Shown here one piece after another: positions 61,001-64,000 of a stretch of DNA of 64,000 nt. Position numbers and translations under genes: made by a program. The number at the start of each line of letters is the position of its first letter. Positions within the stretch are counted from its first letter, which is position 1. The notes under the pieces were generated by a model, which worked only from the letters and a program-made list of their open reading frames with translations, was not told the origin of the DNA and ran no database searches. This DNA comes from Macrostomum lignano (Eukaryota): positions 186,001-250,000 of the forward strand of contig NIVC01000278.1 in NCBI GenBank assembly GCA_002269645.1, given 5' to 3'.

Positions 61001-63793
61001 AAATTAATCCTGTTAAACAGGTATTTTACGATAGTTAAGCGTGTTGATCTGATCATATTTATTCAATTTCCTGAATTTGAAATGGAAACGAGATTTGATT
61101 GAGCTAAAAAGCGGAAAGTGTTCTGACAGTGGAATAATAGGGATAGGGAAGTCAGGAAAGTCAGATAGGGAATAATAGGGAACAATAGAAAAAGGAAATT
61201 GAATAATATTTAGTCGGCAAAGAAGATGTGGAAGAAGGTTAGTCAATACGCGCTCGTAATAAAATATAAGAAAGATGAAGAATGGTAGGAAGAGGGAGAG
61301 GAAAAAAGGGGGAGAGGGAAAGAGAGGGAGAGGAAGAGGGAGAGAAAGGGGAGAGGGAGAGGAGAGGGAGAGGAGAGGGAGAGGAGAGGGAGAGGGAGAG
61401 GGAGAGAAAGAGGGAGAGAAAGAGGGAGAAAAAGAGGGAGAGGGAGAGAGAGGGAGAGGAAGAGGGAGAAAAAGAGGGAGAGGGAGAGGAGAGGGAGAGG
61501 AGAGGGAGAGGAGAGGGAGAGAAAGAGGGAGAGGGAGAGAGTGAGAGAAAGAGGGAGAGGAAGAGAAACAGGGAGAGGAAGATGGAGAAAGAGCGATGCA
61601 GAAGGGAGTCTCAAGTACTCAATTACTCGCTCGCTCTCCCCTCCCAGGCGAGTACCCCTGCCTGAGGGTGCAGTTCGTGCTCCGCAGGGTATTCGCGGTG
61701 TACCTGATCCAGTACTACGTGCCCAGCACTCTCATTGTCATCCTGTCCTGGGTGTCCTTCTGGATCAGCATTGAGGCGGTGCCGGCACGGATCTCGCTGG
61801 GTGAGCAGCTCCCCGACTGCCCGCCTGAGTGGCTGGGTTTTTTGGGGAGAATGGAACAGCTGTGTCGTCTTGTACAGTCACCTCTAAGGCATAGTGCTGT
61901 GCGCTACTAGTACCTTCCAGCTCTCCCCTCTCCCTCTCACTTTCTGCTTCTCACCCTCTCCCTCTCCCTCTCACCTTCTGCTTCTCACCCTCTCCCTCTC
62001 ACCTTCTGCTTCTCACCCTCTCCCTCTCTCCTTCTGCCTCTCACCCTCCCCCTCTTCTTCTCACCTGCCTCTCACCCTCTCCCTCTCCCTCTCACCTTCT
62101 GCTTCTCACCCTCTCCCTCTCCCTCTCACCTTCTGCTTCTCACCCTCTCTCTCACTTTCTGCCTCTCACCCTCTCCCTCTCACCTTATGCCTCCTACCCT
62201 CTCCCTCTCACCTTATGCCTCCTACCCTCTCCCTCTCACCTTATGCCTCCTACCCTCTCCCTCTCACCTTATGCCTCCTACCCTCTCCCTCTCACCTTAT
62301 GCCTCCTACCCTCTCCCTATCACCTTATGCCTCCTACCCTCTCCCTCTCACCTTATGCCTCCTACCCTCTCCCTCTCACCTTATGCCTCCTACCCTCTCC
62401 CTCTCACCTTATGCCTCCTACCCTCTCCCTCTCACCTTATGCCTCCTACCCTCTCCCTCTCACCTTATGCCTCCTACCCTCTCCCTCTCTCTCACTTTCT
62501 GCCTCTCACCCTCTCCCTCTCACCTTATGCCTCCTACCCTCTCCCTCTCTCTCACTTTCTGCTTCTCACCCTCTCCCTCTCCCATCTCTCCCTCCTCCCT
62601 CCGTCTCACTCCCTCTAGTCCATTATTTCTCTATCATTTTCACTGTACGAAATTCGCACTCAAAGGTACGAGCTAATCCCTGCATTTCTTAATCCCCGTA
62701 GTTCCAATAGTCTGGCTTTTGCACTTTAAAAACTATCACCAACTTATTTCGTATTTTCTTAATTCGTTTTAACTCGAATGGGGATCACTCGAGCGGTCAG
62801 TCTGTCACATCCGGACTTTAAAAGGCTTAAAAAGCATTTCTGAAAAGTGGCACAGAGACCGTGTGTGCATATTAATCCAATCAGTTCAAGACGTCTGACA
62901 GCTTAAGATCTGGTCGGCAAAGTTCTTACTATTTTCGAGCAGCGAAGGCTTAACTTTAACAAGATAAAAAACTTGAGTTATTGACTCAGTGCGGGGGCTG
63001 GCGGCTTGGATTACTCTGACTTCTGTAGGACCTCCGCTTTACAGTGTCAGTTAAGACAGACAGGTAGCCGTGTAGTATTTGAATTTCTGACAGCGTCTCT
63101 TTTACTTTTGCCTATAGTCAAATATTTGCTTGGCCGATTTCACCAGCTGGTTAAAGGGTTCTAGGATCCTCCTAGTCTGTGGGACTGAGCAGTACTCAAG
63201 CAGCTGTTCTTTGTTTTCATAATTCATAATCCGATCACATTTCATAATTCATAATCCAATCATATTTCATAATTCATAACCCAGTCATACTTCATAATTC
63301 ATAACCCAATCATATTTTATAATTCATAATCCAATCATATTTCATAATTCATAACCCAGTAATATTTCATAATTCATAACTCAATAATACTTCATACTTC
63401 ATAATCCAAAAGTTCATCTCTAACACTAATTCATAATCAATTTCCAGCTCATTCACACTCCAAAATAACTCATTCACTGAAGCACTCATGCCTCAATCCT
63501 CAGGCGTTATGACCGTCCTATCAATGACCACCCAGTCAATGGGACTGTGGATGACTCTGCCAAAGGCGTCCTATATCAAGGCCATAGACATCTGGATGGG
63601 CGTCACGGTGATGTACGTGTTCGGGGCCATGGTGGAGTTCGCGATGGTGAACACGATGGCCAGGAATGAGATCCGGCGTGTGACAACCCGGGTGAGAAGG
63701 GCAGCGGCGGCAGCCAAGACGAACAATGGATCGGGGAACCCGGATGGAGATGAGGTTGGTGCAGACGGCGGGACGGCGTTTACTCCGATGATG
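55075..63793 (+). CDS. Cys-loop ligand-gated anion channel subunit, glycine-receptor-like; exons 55075-55220, 55664-55746, 56401-56468, 58376-58671, 59044-59126, 60074-60208, 61648-61800, 63504-63793; M4 exon lies beyond the window
   Basis: Signal peptide; [13 protein letters not shown]; [14 protein letters not shown]; [12 protein letters not shown]; Cys loop [15 protein letters not shown]; second loop-C disulfide ([12 protein letters not shown]); M1 [17 protein letters not shown]; PAR anion motif; M2-M3 [13 protein letters not shown]. All joins are GT-AG and in frame. Confidence 0.92.
55398..55513 (+). mobile_element. 3' fragment of the tRNA SINE
   Basis: ggggtaattgaggctgtgtgtggtgacccccc...ttagggcaggtgtaat.aattattatt matches 44611-44750. 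Confidence 0.8.
55817..56289. repeat. 16-bp minisatellite (agcaccaaggggcgcc), same family as 2160-2510
   Basis: Direct reading. Confidence 0.95.
57760..58235 (-). pseudogene. 3' fragment of an RTE-like LINE reverse transcriptase
   Basis: [36 protein letters not shown] matches the C-terminal RT/thumb region of RTE-type LINEs. Confidence 0.75.
59270..59808. repeat. 18-bp minisatellite (agtcccatctcagtctca)
   Basis: Direct reading. Confidence 0.95.
60341..60580 (+). mobile_element. tRNA-derived SINE copy with intact-looking head
   Basis: gggcttgtagcctagtggtaggagcgtcggactc...gggttcgattcctgg followed by the CORE-like domain. Confidence 0.88.
61283..61590. repeat. GA-rich low-complexity tract
   Basis: Direct reading. 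Confidence 0.9.
61917..62610. repeat. CT-rich 28-bp minisatellite (ctcaccttatgcctcctaccctctccct)
   Basis: Direct reading. Confidence 0.92.
63219..63440. repeat. ~25-bp AT-rich tandem repeat (ttcataattcataatccaatcatat)
   Basis: Direct reading. Confidence 0.85.
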
Positions 63794-63834
63794 GTGAGTC
63801 ACCTGTGCTGCCCTGTGTGTACATCTTGAGGCCA

Positions 63835-64000
63835 CCTGTGTACATATCTAAGCTACCTGTGTACATATCAGCTACCTGTGAACATATCTAAGCTACCCGT
63901 GTACATATCTAAGCTACCTGTGTACATATCTAAGCTATCCGTGTACATATCTAAGCTAACTGTGTACATATCTAAGCTACCTGGGTTAAGCTACCCATGT
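63835..64000. repeat. 21-bp tandem repeat (tgtgtacatatctaagctacc), runs off the window
   Basis: Direct reading. Confidence 0.85.

Overview
Eukaryotic (animal) genomic DNA. GC-rich exons separated by introns packed with private minisatellites fit a free-living flatworm such as Macrostomum, but that assignment is inference only. Spliced gene models built by hand from GT-AG sites and frame continuity: (1) an unknown 3-exon gene (-, 1.2-3.0 kb); (2) a type II membrane FkbM-family methyltransferase (-); (3) an intronless universal stress protein (+); (4) an ankyrin-repeat + STE/MAP3K-like kinase (-) whose near-identical 210-bp repeat units vary almost only at predicted binding-surface residues; (5) an unknown gene fragment at 26.5-27.9 kb; (6) an 8-exon USP35/38-like deubiquitinase (+); (7) an ALMS1-like ALMS-motif protein (+); (8) a glycine-receptor-like Cys-loop anion channel (+) that runs off the right edge. 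Mobile DNA: a 5'-truncated Gypsy element and two solo-LTR-like inserts, all three inside minisatellite arrays; a hAT MITE with 8-bp TSD carrying a minisatellite; an internally deleted Crypton-like element; CORE-like tRNA SINEs; Penelope and RTE relics; foldback elements. Roughly a quarter to a third of the window is tandem repeat, and most long ORFs in the track are repeat artefacts. The best candidates for something new are the DARPin-like hypervariable ankyrin kinase, the LTR/MITE-minisatellite interplay, and minisatellite units that carry splice-site motifs.
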